A stretch of 64,000 nt of DNA, taken from Bacteroidales bacterium (lineage in GTDB: Bacteria; Bacteroidota; Bacteroidia; Bacteroidales; WCHB1-69). Position 1 is the first letter of the stretch. Each line of letters starts with the position of its first letter. The notes under the pieces were generated by a model. It searched no databases and was not told where the DNA came from. It saw only the letters and a program-made list of their open reading frames with translations. The position numbers and the translations under genes are program-made. Below, piece by piece: positions 31,601-38,543 of the stretch. Location of the stretch: positions 8,286 through 72,285 of the forward strand of contig JAGCSI010000019.1 in the NCBI GenBank assembly GCA_017964255.1, read 5' to 3'.

Positions 31601-31724
31601 GTGGACAGGGCGTCGGGGTGCACGGATGAGGGGTGCATTGACCATACATTTTGTTGCTCAATGTGAGCAGCAAAAAAAATGATGGTAATAAATAAACTAT
31701 AATAAAACGTATAAATTTTGCCAT
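22635..31724 (-). CDS. Giant (3029 aa) T9SS type-B-sorted surface protein with dozens of Cys-paired Ig-like repeats
   Basis: Signal peptide. C-terminus FYVPNSFTPSNKDGINDYF...YSRWGELVF...WDG matches the gliding-motility-associated / T9SS type B CTD. ~75-80-aa repeats of the form C.GDS..L.ASG...Y.W......I.V.P..TT.Y.V......GC...D.I.V.V.P.P run through most of the protein. Confidence 0.9.
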   Translation of the reverse strand: MAKFIRFIIVYLLPSFFLLLTLSNKMYGQCTPHPCTPTPCPPPDSATIAAGDLRIHHFNSMLFRDSYLEYDTNGIPHITYFMGDTLRIQCGMIYRFYVEANGIYEWNTDISYGNVPTHGNDQLRTKITLFYDDFQTSAVVSDRAVNSTVPGNAAAGLSWRANYTGVVGIMVNRGDRYLNSEDFCACTPDTILLRFNQRRRADDDAYIVWGRYGVVRNLVCNDDNHFIYDSGTNSQQDDASGDYSNNENGYLVLYPGDLRSKLKIWGNSLMECGDTLFIYNGDITLDSTLVPYDTITGPGSHQLGNEDEPEFMSATPGQPITLRMQSDSTCTSGGFELQAKCCQTPGLPLNLYGYMNSDTTAFINWIPGEGNDLTYNYDIYTASDSTPIFSGSTIDTFQIINGLNPNECYFYTISVYSNCTNENATDSSTSLDVVYSNVFCYSYFVTLGDSVQDFIVMTDSVYIPSGAYIDSTNACGCAEPGTNTNIIIHETNQRVCYGDSFYFCYNFSINADIQPVQKRLVWQSPYILHIPNIELDSSYIVNDTNTYIMSIPGEYSSGCYTTGPITEDGFLMLTAYTEGHSVTRAIIHFHVDTLPDVTLWVNDMDTSWLITCEGEPLDLTAHNNLTYNWTALHDTLSSPITHQDEITIFTPTRNDRVYLRGTDDNGCVSYDTLKISINPMADLNYVSEYTLCYGDSLLMRASGLDHYIWQKIDTLRWDSTYTRVIQGINGSEICSTIRNINSENGIVLVQQTQPNLNRIDTFYVDELHDPGFRCPESYSGFSKRFKVTIIQTDHLIDFEYTTLQDGAADSLWVQPLQDADYRVLGTDSNGCRNRTNAFIHVSVLPKPKISDIYSTSYICEQDTAFFKVNMIDEETNYSFEWQEVGTDNIIGREAMFSIIPDSSCTYQLRVIHPNGCDTILYFPVHLYPQPEIEITAEPGVICPRSSSTLHASGATIVSWLWDDSTTTNIRIVEPQTAMEYFVTGIDGNGCSAKRSVPLTILPSPEHEILSNDSICANSSKTLVLSGRALNYQWHNPDVEVSVSGDTAIVTPSTTTVYTVSYENEYGCTDTTRVTIAVFEFPTPTLSPDITICRNDSTVLQASGGLFFLWDDPDHSTTDSIVVAPVDTTTYHVFVYDYIGCGSYGEVTVNVIPYFPMNIVASADSICPNSEVTFTAYGGSTFEWNQNPLFNSNSITMTSDSTTSETNLVVSLFVLNASTNCSMLIYDTVVVMPYPIINIVSEQDTLCVGDNTVLTVEGDARHFVWTTGDTNRSIQISPENSTVYQVNAYSDFNCMSSASHNIVVNGLPPVFDIELTDTSLCYDGTVNVTIYPSFSNMEYYWSYPGLGTSTPQFTYHPLQDIPYSYTDTLTVDLVNLYGCHRQGQALITVHPMPREEITAPSDLCVTDTIMMTLSGNYIYHWYQPITQEQSSNDTVWTTQLQNTTYRVKATTEYGCYLEISKTVETHPLPTVSIRSEHNSNYFCDNESYTLIASGAQDYVWSNGQVGDHLQITPPLSQNYQVIGTDEHGCRNSTSYSLNINPSPSIELRLSADTVCAGGNVTISAIGDFESIVWSNGSTTYSIVTPYLYQSQQYSVLVGNTAHNVSCYTRDTVDVIVMVVPTLSVQNSSSPICANDTGFIMVTGADSYEWVPNAILSGNSDGSATVHPVSSVQDHTEIFTVTGFLNEFGCNTSLQIPYIIHALPDINIAATSEGGHICLGDSLSLMASGGISYSWYEDGTTNSIGNVNVITISPTQTTDYTIQAMNPHGCYDTEVYTVTVHEHPEVNIIVSDSAICRGDTVQLNISSNGHQYAWDNFFSLSAINIANPLASPQTTCLYTVQVTDTTTHCKTVDSVKITVHQLPVLHSNAPHSMCLGDSLIIDMSGAVEYQWFNNDKTCLIYTGNPYPTLPEELPSARYQVVGTDEFGCKSDLPIEVMVYPLPQLDVNVSYPGFLCNNGSNFLGITVQSNIFSTNYQWSSVPADNTIVSDGQVTFVSPDTNTTYYIRGYYAIDGVVCSAIDTEFVQVFPVPVIHASVEPEIVCLHSEAELSATGARRYMWFLNNQMLGNSQTITHVAEQGQQYIVMGIDTNNCIGTDTLNIQVIDIMPQDSVRGPRSTCANVPVTVRTSGLNQCDWYPNVGLSEISDSSVTITLSESQTYTIRLTNEYGCVDSMSFHMNVYPVPELSMPHEVEICQGNDFSFRVSGASSYIWEDGSTNDFRTVTPDTTSVYTVTSYNQYHCQTIDSLKVIVFPMFDINIIASRDSFCLENNAITLMAYGAGDTYEWSTGSRDSVITVYPTESTVYTLTAINTSVNCVTTAEYPIVRMPDPVFNILPYQEYICKDDSIVLYVSNQNYTNILWSTLDTTDIIKVSPLVPTTYTATLTNVYGCHFQAERFVDVKPRPQVSILADETVVCLGEQIRLKAVGNAASYQWSTGHVGDSLIINQLTNGQYKVTAYTEFLCTASDSIDIAIYPIPDYSIGVPPQTLCVGDTAQISISGQNDWTWSPMTGIIYHDNNRTLVQPEVTTDYVGRIVNQYGCIDSVTVHINVYPPLPMQITPDTALCLGESLTLTVSGAWNYLWSNGETSSSFTITPTENTTYSVSSIDEHGCVTTKHTEVQVKPDFNLNLMVTKDTICVGDSTTLWYYGSADQYTWSTGSTGTHIVEHPATTSVYSLHAYNSQTGCAKNATTTIVVLPYPQILLQSPQLVCPNDTIHLAVSSIHPFSYQWSSNPDGSIISATDSAVITATPPQSSHYILTSSNQFCEVQDSILVETSELPGISINNIHDETCEGRNGSIGIDVQTDFPPVTLLWSNGYNTNENQIYNLSAGNYHVTATDQMGCSQTLYDITVDNITPPEIEITNIEAMLNMHDGAVTLQVNHFYGNYTIEWFADPYLTIRLDEYTNQLIVYGLDAGDYWILITDEACSTLQEVHIPRVNGGEGTFYVPNSFTPSNKDGINDYFSIYFSGEIQFQEIVIYSRWGELVFQSNDSHFKWDGSYNGKMTKYSIYNYVIFYTDGTGNENKKKGTVTVF

Positions 31725-31740
31725 TTGCGTTAAAAAAAGG

Positions 31741-31748
31741 CAAAATTA
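31741..31748 (-). promoter_or_regulatory. Candidate -7 box (TAATTTTG) for the giant adhesin gene
   Basis: Matches TAnnTTTG on the minus strand, 17 nt upstream of ATG 31724. Confidence 0.4.
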
Positions 31749-31848
31749 CATTTTTTTTCTAAAAAAACATATTTATATATTTATTTCCTTGTATTAATTT
31801 GCAATTTTTAACAAATTTACAGTGCACACTTTGAAATTGAAGGAACGA

Positions 31849-32679
31849 TTATTTCACTTTTGCCTTTTCTACCTGAAGTACTTCCTTGCTGCTTTCGTCC
31901 AATAAAATGGCAATGACGCTGCAATTTTCAGGTACCCAGTCTGTTCCGTTGAAATCAATGGAATAGCCATACAGATAAGAGGAATCCTTGCTGACCAAAC
32001 CGCCAGTGGAAATACGCTCGCCGTAGTTGCCGTTGATACCGGCTCTTAGCACATGGTTGTGAACGTAGAAGGTGTCCACATGGTCGCTGAATTTCTGAGG
32101 CTTAACAATGTTATCCTCTACCAGCAGTAACGACAGCATCACCGTTTGGTCATAGTCTTCCAGCAGGGTGGTTTTGGTGTTGATTTTCAAGGATTGATTT
32201 GCCGTGTTATATTGGTTGATAATCTGAATGGCGGCATGAAGGGTGCGGTCGGCATTTTGCATCTCGCTGCTCCAGAAACTTTTGTCCAGAGGGGCTCCGC
32301 TTCTGTTGATAATGGCTTGGGGATTGTTGCTGATATGGTAATCAGTATACAGCTGTTCGCCGGTGGGAGTGCGGAAATCGTATGAGAAAACTCCTGCTTC
32401 GGGCTCCGCAAACCAGTTGGCATGAATGCCCACCGCCACCAGGGTGTCACCGTATTGCGACAGTAACTGGTCCAAGATGGTGTGCCCTTCGGGACAGCCG
32501 ATGCAGGTATGGCCGGTATATTCGTCAAACAGGACTTTGCGGTACACTGCGCTGGGGTCCAAGTCCGGGAAATCCACATCCACAGACTCTTGCTGTGACA
32601 TTGTGAGATAGGGACCTTCAATCTTGTTGCATGCCGCAAAACAAAGGGCTATTGCGATAAAAAGAAGTGCTTTTTTCAT
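31849..32679 (-). CDS. Omp28-related outer membrane lipoprotein
   Basis: 276 aa with lipobox FAACNK. LFDEYTGHTCIGCPEGH is a thioredoxin-like CxxC segment typical of the Omp28-related family, as I recall it. Confidence 0.6.
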   Translation of the reverse strand: MKKALLFIAIALCFAACNKIEGPYLTMSQQESVDVDFPDLDPSAVYRKVLFDEYTGHTCIGCPEGHTILDQLLSQYGDTLVAVGIHANWFAEPEAGVFSYDFRTPTGEQLYTDYHISNNPQAIINRSGAPLDKSFWSSEMQNADRTLHAAIQIINQYNTANQSLKINTKTTLLEDYDQTVMLSLLLVEDNIVKPQKFSDHVDTFYVHNHVLRAGINGNYGERISTGGLVSKDSSYLYGYSIDFNGTDWVPENCSVIAILLDESSKEVLQVEKAKVK

Positions 32680-32695
32680 ATTGTCGTTTTTTGTT

Positions 32696-32946
32696 GTGAG
32701 CTATGAGCTATCAGCTGTGAGCTTTTGTTATTATATGTTTTTTTTTTGATGAATCGTTTAATGTTTAGAGTTTAGTGTTTAGGGGTTAGGAAGGTTAGGA
32801 GGTGAGAAGGTGAGAAGGTTGCAGGGGGATAGTTTGAGGTTAGGAAGGTTAGAAGGTGAGAAGGTTATGGATTATGGATTTTGGATTTTGAATTCTATTC
32901 CATCAACTATCAACTGTCAACTATCAATTGTCAATTGTCAACTGTC
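32696..32946. repeat. Intergenic word-array mosaic
   Basis: Order on the plus strand: (gtgagctat)n, (gtttag)n, (ggttagga)n, (ggtgagaa)n, (ggattatg/ggattttg)n, gaattc, (caactgt/caactat)n. The last array supplies the TGA of the 166-aa gene. Confidence 0.9.
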
Positions 32947-33438
32947 CATCAGGTTGTCCGCAAAGGGGTCGAGTATGTGCAGGTTGAAGTCGGGGGTGGC
33001 GAAGCACATGAAATCTTCCTGCTGTCCGTTTTTGTAGTAGCTGGCCGAAATCCAATAGAGTAAAAGTTGTTGATTGTCAGCCGATTCACCGTCTTCAATG
33101 GCTCTGAAATAGTCCGTTTGGACCGAAATCTGGCGCAGCGAACGGTCAAGGGATGTTATTTTGGCATCATCGTCTGCCAGGGTAGCTTCGTCGTACAGTT
33201 GCTTGTACTGGAATTCCAGGTTCTCCAACATCTCCAGCATCAGTTTTGCGTACGACATTTGCGTGAGGGTGTCTATTTTGGTAACCACCACCGAATCGGC
33301 ATCAGTCACATTCAACTCCGTCTTCACATACGTCTCGGCACATTGATGCATTTTCTGCTGAAACACATCCACTTCAGCTTTTTGACGACACCCGCCCATC
33401 AGGACTATCAAACAAAAAACAAATCCTATTTTTTTCAT
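32938..33438 (-). CDS. Hypothetical lipoprotein (166 aa)
   Basis: Signal plus lipobox LMGGCRQ. No family recognised. Confidence 0.55.
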   Translation of the reverse strand: MKKIGFVFCLIVLMGGCRQKAEVDVFQQKMHQCAETYVKTELNVTDADSVVVTKIDTLTQMSYAKLMLEMLENLEFQYKQLYDEATLADDDAKITSLDRSLRQISVQTDYFRAIEDGESADNQQLLLYWISASYYKNGQQEDFMCFATPDFNLHILDPFADNLMDS

Positions 33439-33460
33439 ATTGGTTCAAATTTTTATTTTG

Positions 33461-33567
33461 CTGTGAGCCATGAGCTGTGAGCCATGAGCTATGAGATGAT
33501 TTTGGATTTTGGATTTTGAATTCTTAAACTATGAACTTTCAGTTTTTAACTTTCAACTGTCAACTTA
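33461..33567. repeat. Intergenic word-array mosaic (shorter version of 32696-32946, same orientation)
   Basis: (gtgagccat)n, (ggattttg)x3, gaattc, then caactgtcaac abutting the stop of the next gene. Confidence 0.9.
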
Positions 33568-34665
33568 AAAAACGAATCCCACTTCCTCCAACTCCGGATC
33601 CAAATTGACGGGCAGCGTTTCAATTTCGCCCCTTTGCAGTAACTGGTATATACCGAAGTGATGCACTGTCTCATAGTTGTGCTGCAGGTCGATATACACT
33701 GCTTGAGGATGACGTATGCAGAAACCTTTGTTTTTGCTTTTAACGTCTTGGTTTTTAATTGCTTTTGTTTTGTTGAAAGGAGTGAGCAATAAGCTGTAGT
33801 TGGCTGCTGTGACTGAGTTGGTGGGAATGAATCCTGTATTCTGGTCGAGGCTGAACAGCGGCAGGGTAGTGTCGTCTTTTTCAGGAATCACATACAGGGT
33901 GTAGTGGATTTCGTCTTCCAGCACAATACCGCGGAACAGGTCAAGATAGTCGTTTTCAGCTTGGTTCAACTGCGTAATCATCAGTTCCAGAGCCTCTTTG
34001 TTGTAGGCTACTTCCTGTTCGCCGGCAATCAGGCTGTTGCGCTCTTTGCGGATTTGTATGATGCGGTCTGCTGCCTCCTGCACTTTCTGTTCGGCACTTT
34101 TGTTGACCAGTCGTGTGCGGTTGGCGGGCACTTGTGTCACCACGCCATTGATGATTTTGGTCTCCACAAAGGCATCCTCGGTCTCGGTATAGTTCACGTT
34201 GGAATAGTTCTGGAAGAAATCAGGAATGCCTTTTGTCTGGATGCTGTAGGTTTCTTCAAATACATCATTCTGAACCGCTTGCGATTTTAACAAGGCCTTG
34301 GCATAGGCTTGCTCTTTCACTTGCTGCGATGACGGCTCTACGGCAAAGGCAAATTTGGCGTCAGGAACCCTAATGGTTTCAATGCTGACATTTTTCAGCT
34401 TGTAAAAAGTGCGGTTGTCGGAGATGATATTGGTCAGTCCCAACAATTTCTCAGCATGGTCGGCATAATAGCCTTTAATTTCGCGCACCTTGGTCACGGT
34501 CACATTCACCTTGATGGCGGTGGTGGGCATCTGATAATAGAAGTGGTTGGCACTGAGTTTGATGGTGCTGTCCAAGGGTAGGGGATAGACTTGTTTTTGG
34601 GAGAAGGCATTGTTGGTGAATATCGCCAGTGCCAGCATCAAGCTGAAAAGAATTAATCGTTTCAT
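33565..34665 (-). CDS. Hypothetical lipoprotein/secreted protein (possibly DUF4831 family)
   Basis: 366 aa from MKRLILFSLMLALAIF (ATG 34665). The family assignment is only a recollection. Confidence 0.5.
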   Translation of the reverse strand: MKRLILFSLMLALAIFTNNAFSQKQVYPLPLDSTIKLSANHFYYQMPTTAIKVNVTVTKVREIKGYYADHAEKLLGLTNIISDNRTFYKLKNVSIETIRVPDAKFAFAVEPSSQQVKEQAYAKALLKSQAVQNDVFEETYSIQTKGIPDFFQNYSNVNYTETEDAFVETKIINGVVTQVPANRTRLVNKSAEQKVQEAADRIIQIRKERNSLIAGEQEVAYNKEALELMITQLNQAENDYLDLFRGIVLEDEIHYTLYVIPEKDDTTLPLFSLDQNTGFIPTNSVTAANYSLLLTPFNKTKAIKNQDVKSKNKGFCIRHPQAVYIDLQHNYETVHHFGIYQLLQRGEIETLPVNLDPELEEVGFVF

Positions 34666-34749
34666 GTTTTTATTTTTAAATTTCTGATTGAAAATGCAAA
34701 AGTACGACATGGTTTCCCCTGCCGTTGAAAAAAATATTTTCGATTTTTC

Positions 34750-35052
34750 CTATACGATTTTGATGATATTGGAAAAACCGGTAATGTCAAACACTTCCTT
34801 GACCTGAGGTTGCATGTTGCAGAGCACCAAGCTTCCCTGGTGAGACATCACATGTTTTTGAAGCATGAGAAAGTAACGTAAACCTTGGGAAGAGGTATAG
34901 GTCATGCCTGTGCAGTCTATTTGGATTTCAGCGTTTGACGCTTCCATTAAAGGTTTCAGGTCTTGCTCAAATTGAGCGGCGTTAGAAGTGTCAACGCGTC
35001 CATCCAAGATCACGTTGTACTTGTTTCCTTCTTGATTGATAGTTACATTCAT
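34750..35052 (-). CDS. STAS-domain anti-sigma-factor antagonist (RsbV/SpoIIAA-like)
   Basis: 100 aa. LDGRVDTSNAAQFEQDL ... YTSSQGLRYFL ... VFDITGF is the typical STAS pattern with a phosphorylatable Ser. Confidence 0.8.
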   Translation of the reverse strand: MNVTINQEGNKYNVILDGRVDTSNAAQFEQDLKPLMEASNAEIQIDCTGMTYTSSQGLRYFLMLQKHVMSHQGSLVLCNMQPQVKEVFDITGFSNIIKIV

Positions 35053-35070
35053 ATTCGTAATTTTTTTTGG

Positions 35071-36972
35071 TTAATCTTTTTTATAAGAAATGGTCAGAAT
35101 GGTGATGTCGTCATTTTGCGTGGCCTCACCAGTAAAATTTTTGACTTCGGTAATCAGTTTGTCGACGATGTCTTTTGAACTGTCATGATCATCAATTCTG
35201 TTGGCAAAATCAAGGAGTCTTTGCTCTCCGAATTGAGCTTCTGTCACATCTTCGGCCTCTGTGACCCCATCGGTATAAAGAATCAGGCGACTGCCTTTCT
35301 CCAGTTGGGTAGTTTCGGGTTGGTAGTTGAAATTCTCGAATGCGCCCACAACGATGTTGTTCTTGGCCTTAAGGTATTCGGCGTGACCATCGGCATGTCG
35401 GATGACAATAGGATTATGCCCCGCATTGCAATAGTACATCTCACCGGTGGTCAGATTGATTTTGCCGACAAACAGCGTGACAAACATATTATTCTCATTA
35501 CTCGCGCTAAGGGTGTTGTTGATTTTTTCTACCATTTTGTCGATGGACAACCCCAGACCGCTGAGGAAACGGAAAGATGCCTTGGTAATCGCCATCACCA
35601 AAGACGCAGGAACTCCCTTGCCCGACACGTCGCCGATGACGAAAAACACATTGTCGCCTTTTTCCTGAAAGTCGTAAAAATCGCCTCCCACCTCTCTGGC
35701 GGGTTGCAGAAGGGCATGAATGGACAATTTCTCGTTGTCGGGGAAGTCCGTGGGTACCATACTCAGCTGGATTTGGCGGGCAATATTCAGCTCACTTTCA
35801 AAACGTTCCTTGGTGGCAGTTGTGGTTTGCAGTTCCTGGATATAATGAGTGATGGATTGCTGCATGTACTCGAATGAGTCGTGCAGGTCTTTGATTTCGT
35901 CTTCCGTTTTTATCTGGGGAAGCTGGGCGTGAAAATCTCCTTTGGCCATCACCAATGCCGCCTTGGAGAATTCAGTGACAGGCCGGGTGAGGGTCTTGAT
36001 GATTCTCATGCATGATAAAAAGAGCAGTAGCAGACCAATAACTGACACGATGGCGATGATGAATTGCATGCTATCCAGTTTGGCGAATATGTATCTGTAA
36101 GGACTGATGATGGCAGTGGACCATCCGTTCAGCAAGGGCCCATAGACGGCAAACGAAAAGTGGTTGTCGGTTCTCAGGGTCATGGTTCCCGTTTCCTGGG
36201 AGGTCATTTTCTTTATCAGACGCTGGAAAGCAGGACTCTTTTTGGCTTGCTCGTATGTTGCAATGTCGTCCTGAAAGCCCATGTCAGGAAGATTTCCCGA
36301 GATATATTGTCCTCTGTCTCCAATAAGAAGAATTTTGGAATCTTCATTGAGATTGAGGTCGCATAATTTGGAGGTGAGCCAGTCGATACTGATATCGGCA
36401 GTGATAACGGCAATCACCTCGTTTTTGTCGTTCATGACAGGATAGGAGTAGGTGGTCATCATGATTTGGCCGCCGTCTTCATCAAAATAAGGATTGCACC
36501 AATGCGGCTGCTTGGTCAGGTAGGGTATCGTAAACCAGTCCTTCTTGAAGTAGTTATAATGGTCATTTCCCAATTGCTTTGTCTTTAGAGTGTCTCCTTC
36601 TGAATCGTAAGCGTATGGAGCAAAATAGTGCTTGCCTTTGAAATAATCGGGACGGAAGGCGACACAGCTGCCAACGATTTCTTCATTAATAACCACCACC
36701 GCTGATGTGATGCTGTACATGTAAGTGGTGTCTTCGAGCCGTTCTTCCACCAACCATGCCATGTTCTTTACGGTTGACTCCGTTTCGGCAAGGGTATGGG
36801 CAATGTTGAGGGAGGTGATGGAGAGCATTTCCGCCGCGTTCTTTTCCGCCTCTTCCGCAATGATCTTGTGGGAGAAAAACATCACCACCAACATGGAGAC
36901 AATGAACAGCATGGAGGTGATGAGCAGTATGGTGCTGCTGAGACGGGCTGAAAATGATTTTGATTTTCTCAT
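35071..36972 (-). CDS. Membrane sensor PP2C phosphatase (Cache-like periplasmic domain, HAMP, SpoIIE/RsbU domain)
   Basis: Two TM segments flank a ~270-aa extracytoplasmic region, followed by a HAMP-like LTRPVTEFSKAALVMAKGDF and REVGGDFYDF ... DVSGKGVPASL ... LYTDGVTEA. Start chosen at ATG 36972 (MRKSKSF), 11 nt after the upstream stop. Confidence 0.85.
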   Translation of the reverse strand: MRKSKSFSARLSSTILLITSMLFIVSMLVVMFFSHKIIAEEAEKNAAEMLSITSLNIAHTLAETESTVKNMAWLVEERLEDTTYMYSITSAVVVINEEIVGSCVAFRPDYFKGKHYFAPYAYDSEGDTLKTKQLGNDHYNYFKKDWFTIPYLTKQPHWCNPYFDEDGGQIMMTTYSYPVMNDKNEVIAVITADISIDWLTSKLCDLNLNEDSKILLIGDRGQYISGNLPDMGFQDDIATYEQAKKSPAFQRLIKKMTSQETGTMTLRTDNHFSFAVYGPLLNGWSTAIISPYRYIFAKLDSMQFIIAIVSVIGLLLLFLSCMRIIKTLTRPVTEFSKAALVMAKGDFHAQLPQIKTEDEIKDLHDSFEYMQQSITHYIQELQTTTATKERFESELNIARQIQLSMVPTDFPDNEKLSIHALLQPAREVGGDFYDFQEKGDNVFFVIGDVSGKGVPASLVMAITKASFRFLSGLGLSIDKMVEKINNTLSASNENNMFVTLFVGKINLTTGEMYYCNAGHNPIVIRHADGHAEYLKAKNNIVVGAFENFNYQPETTQLEKGSRLILYTDGVTEAEDVTEAQFGEQRLLDFANRIDDHDSSKDIVDKLITEVKNFTGEATQNDDITILTISYKKD

Positions 36973-36983
36973 GGAAAAGTCTT

Positions 36984-37391
36984 TTAAGCAGGTATGACTC
37001 TTTTTGACATGGTGAGCACGTTGCAACCGTCTTTGTATTCGTATTCAATCTTATCCATCATTTGCTTGCTGATGAAGATACCCAAGCCGCCAATGGGGCG
37101 GTCTTCCGCGGACAGACTGATATCCGGATCAGGTTTGTCCAAGGGGTTGAACGGCGTGCCCGCATCAATGAAGTGAATGTACAATATGCCATCTTCCTGC
37201 TGGGTGCCGACTTCCAGAAATCCGGAGCCGTTGTCGTAGGCGTATTGCACAATGTTCTCAATGACTTCCTCAATGGAAAGCCTGATTTTGAAAATCAAAT
37301 CATCCTGTGACGGTATATCTGGTGATGCCATCACATATTCTATGATTTCATTGCACTTGTCCTTAATAGGCTCAAAACGTTTGGTGTACAT
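36984..37391 (-). CDS. RsbW/SpoIIAB-like anti-sigma serine kinase (HATPase_c_2)
   Basis: 135 aa with EEVIENIVQYAY (N box), DAGTPFNP (G1) and IGGLGIFISKQMMD (G2). Confidence 0.8.
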   Translation of the reverse strand: MYTKRFEPIKDKCNEIIEYVMASPDIPSQDDLIFKIRLSIEEVIENIVQYAYDNGSGFLEVGTQQEDGILYIHFIDAGTPFNPLDKPDPDISLSAEDRPIGGLGIFISKQMMDKIEYEYKDGCNVLTMSKRVIPA

Positions 37392-37420
37392 GTTATATTG
37401 TTTTTTATATTCTTTCTTTC

Positions 37421-37545
37421 CCTAAACTCTAAACTCTAAACCTTAAACTCTTAATTCTACCCCCTAAACCCTAATCCCCAAAACCTAACTCCTAACTCCT
37501 AACCCCTCAATTATCAACTGTCAATTATCAACTGTCAACTGTCAC
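37421..37545. repeat. Intergenic word-array mosaic
   Basis: (ctaaact)n, ccctaaaccctaatcccc, (ctaactc)n, (tcaactg/tcaatta)n. The last array contains the stop codon of the PrsW-like gene. Confidence 0.9.
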
Positions 37546-38537
37546 AGCAGTGCATTCACCACCCAGCGGTCCACATCATTGATGTTTACAATGGGCTGCA
37601 CGGCGGTCACACCTGCTTTGCCGATACGTTTTCTCAATGCGGTCAGCTCGTTGATGCGCGCTTTGGTCTCTTCACTATGTATTACAGGAAAACCGGATTC
37701 CTTTAACAGCAAATTGCTTTTGGCGGTGATAGAAAGTTCCAGATATTCAGAGATATAGCAGCAAATATCGAAGAACGTCTCCGGCTCAAAGGCGTCTTTG
37801 ATGGACAAGAGGTATTTTCCCGCGTTGGTATTGGAAAGTTCTCCCTTCCGGATGGAACCCAACAAAGCCACGTCATTGTTGAGGCATTGGTCAATCCACG
37901 AATGGATGGCTTTTTCGTTTTTCTTGAAAATATGTCGTTTGCTGACCAAAAAGTAAACCACTAGGATGGAGGTCAGAATAATGGGATTGATAGGCGCCAC
38001 ATTATGAATGATATGCACCACCATAGCTGCCGCAAAGGCGGCCCCTACTCCTAAGTTTCTGACGGTGAACGACCTGTTGGATGTCTCTTGTTTGGCGATG
38101 ATCAGTCCGTAGGCCAACAGCGAGGTGCAGCCAATATGCATTACCGCCGCCTCGAAACCCAGCATTACCGCCATGTCGTGACTGAAATAATCACTCAACA
38201 CTATAAGGATATTCTCGAAGATAGCAAAGCCAGCCCCTACCGCAGAACCGTAGATGGTGGCGTCGCCCAACATCACAATCTTCCGTCTCTGTACAAGATA
38301 GAGCAGGGGCAAACCCTTCAGAAATTCGGCCACAATAGCGGTGATATAGGGCATTGCGGCCGATTCAATGGTCAGCTCTCCAAGTACCCACGTCAGCATA
38401 AAACACAGCCCGCCACTGATCAGACAGAATGCCAATCTCTTTTTGTCCGTAAGCGAAAACGCATCCATCAGGATGACGACTACCACGAAAAGCAGGATGG
38501 GAACCAATGCGAGTGTGAATATGAGAATCTGATACAT
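37542..38537 (-). CDS. PrsW-family intramembrane metalloprotease with a ~130-aa C-terminal cytoplasmic extension
   Basis: 331 aa, multi-pass. Motifs AEFLKG, GFAIFEN and HIIHN correspond to the PrsW EExxK / FxxxE / HxxxN pattern. Confidence 0.6.
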   Translation of the reverse strand: MYQILIFTLALVPILLFVVVVILMDAFSLTDKKRLAFCLISGGLCFMLTWVLGELTIESAAMPYITAIVAEFLKGLPLLYLVQRRKIVMLGDATIYGSAVGAGFAIFENILIVLSDYFSHDMAVMLGFEAAVMHIGCTSLLAYGLIIAKQETSNRSFTVRNLGVGAAFAAAMVVHIIHNVAPINPIILTSILVVYFLVSKRHIFKKNEKAIHSWIDQCLNNDVALLGSIRKGELSNTNAGKYLLSIKDAFEPETFFDICCYISEYLELSITAKSNLLLKESGFPVIHSEETKARINELTALRKRIGKAGVTAVQPIVNINDVDRWVVNALL

Positions 38538-38543
38538 CGGCTG

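Noticed and set aside
22635-31724. Possibility that the giant repeat protein is a diversity-generating retroelement target or contains near-identical recombining DNA repeats.
   Set aside because: There is no reverse transcriptase or template repeat in the window, and the repeats are clearly diverged at the nucleotide level.
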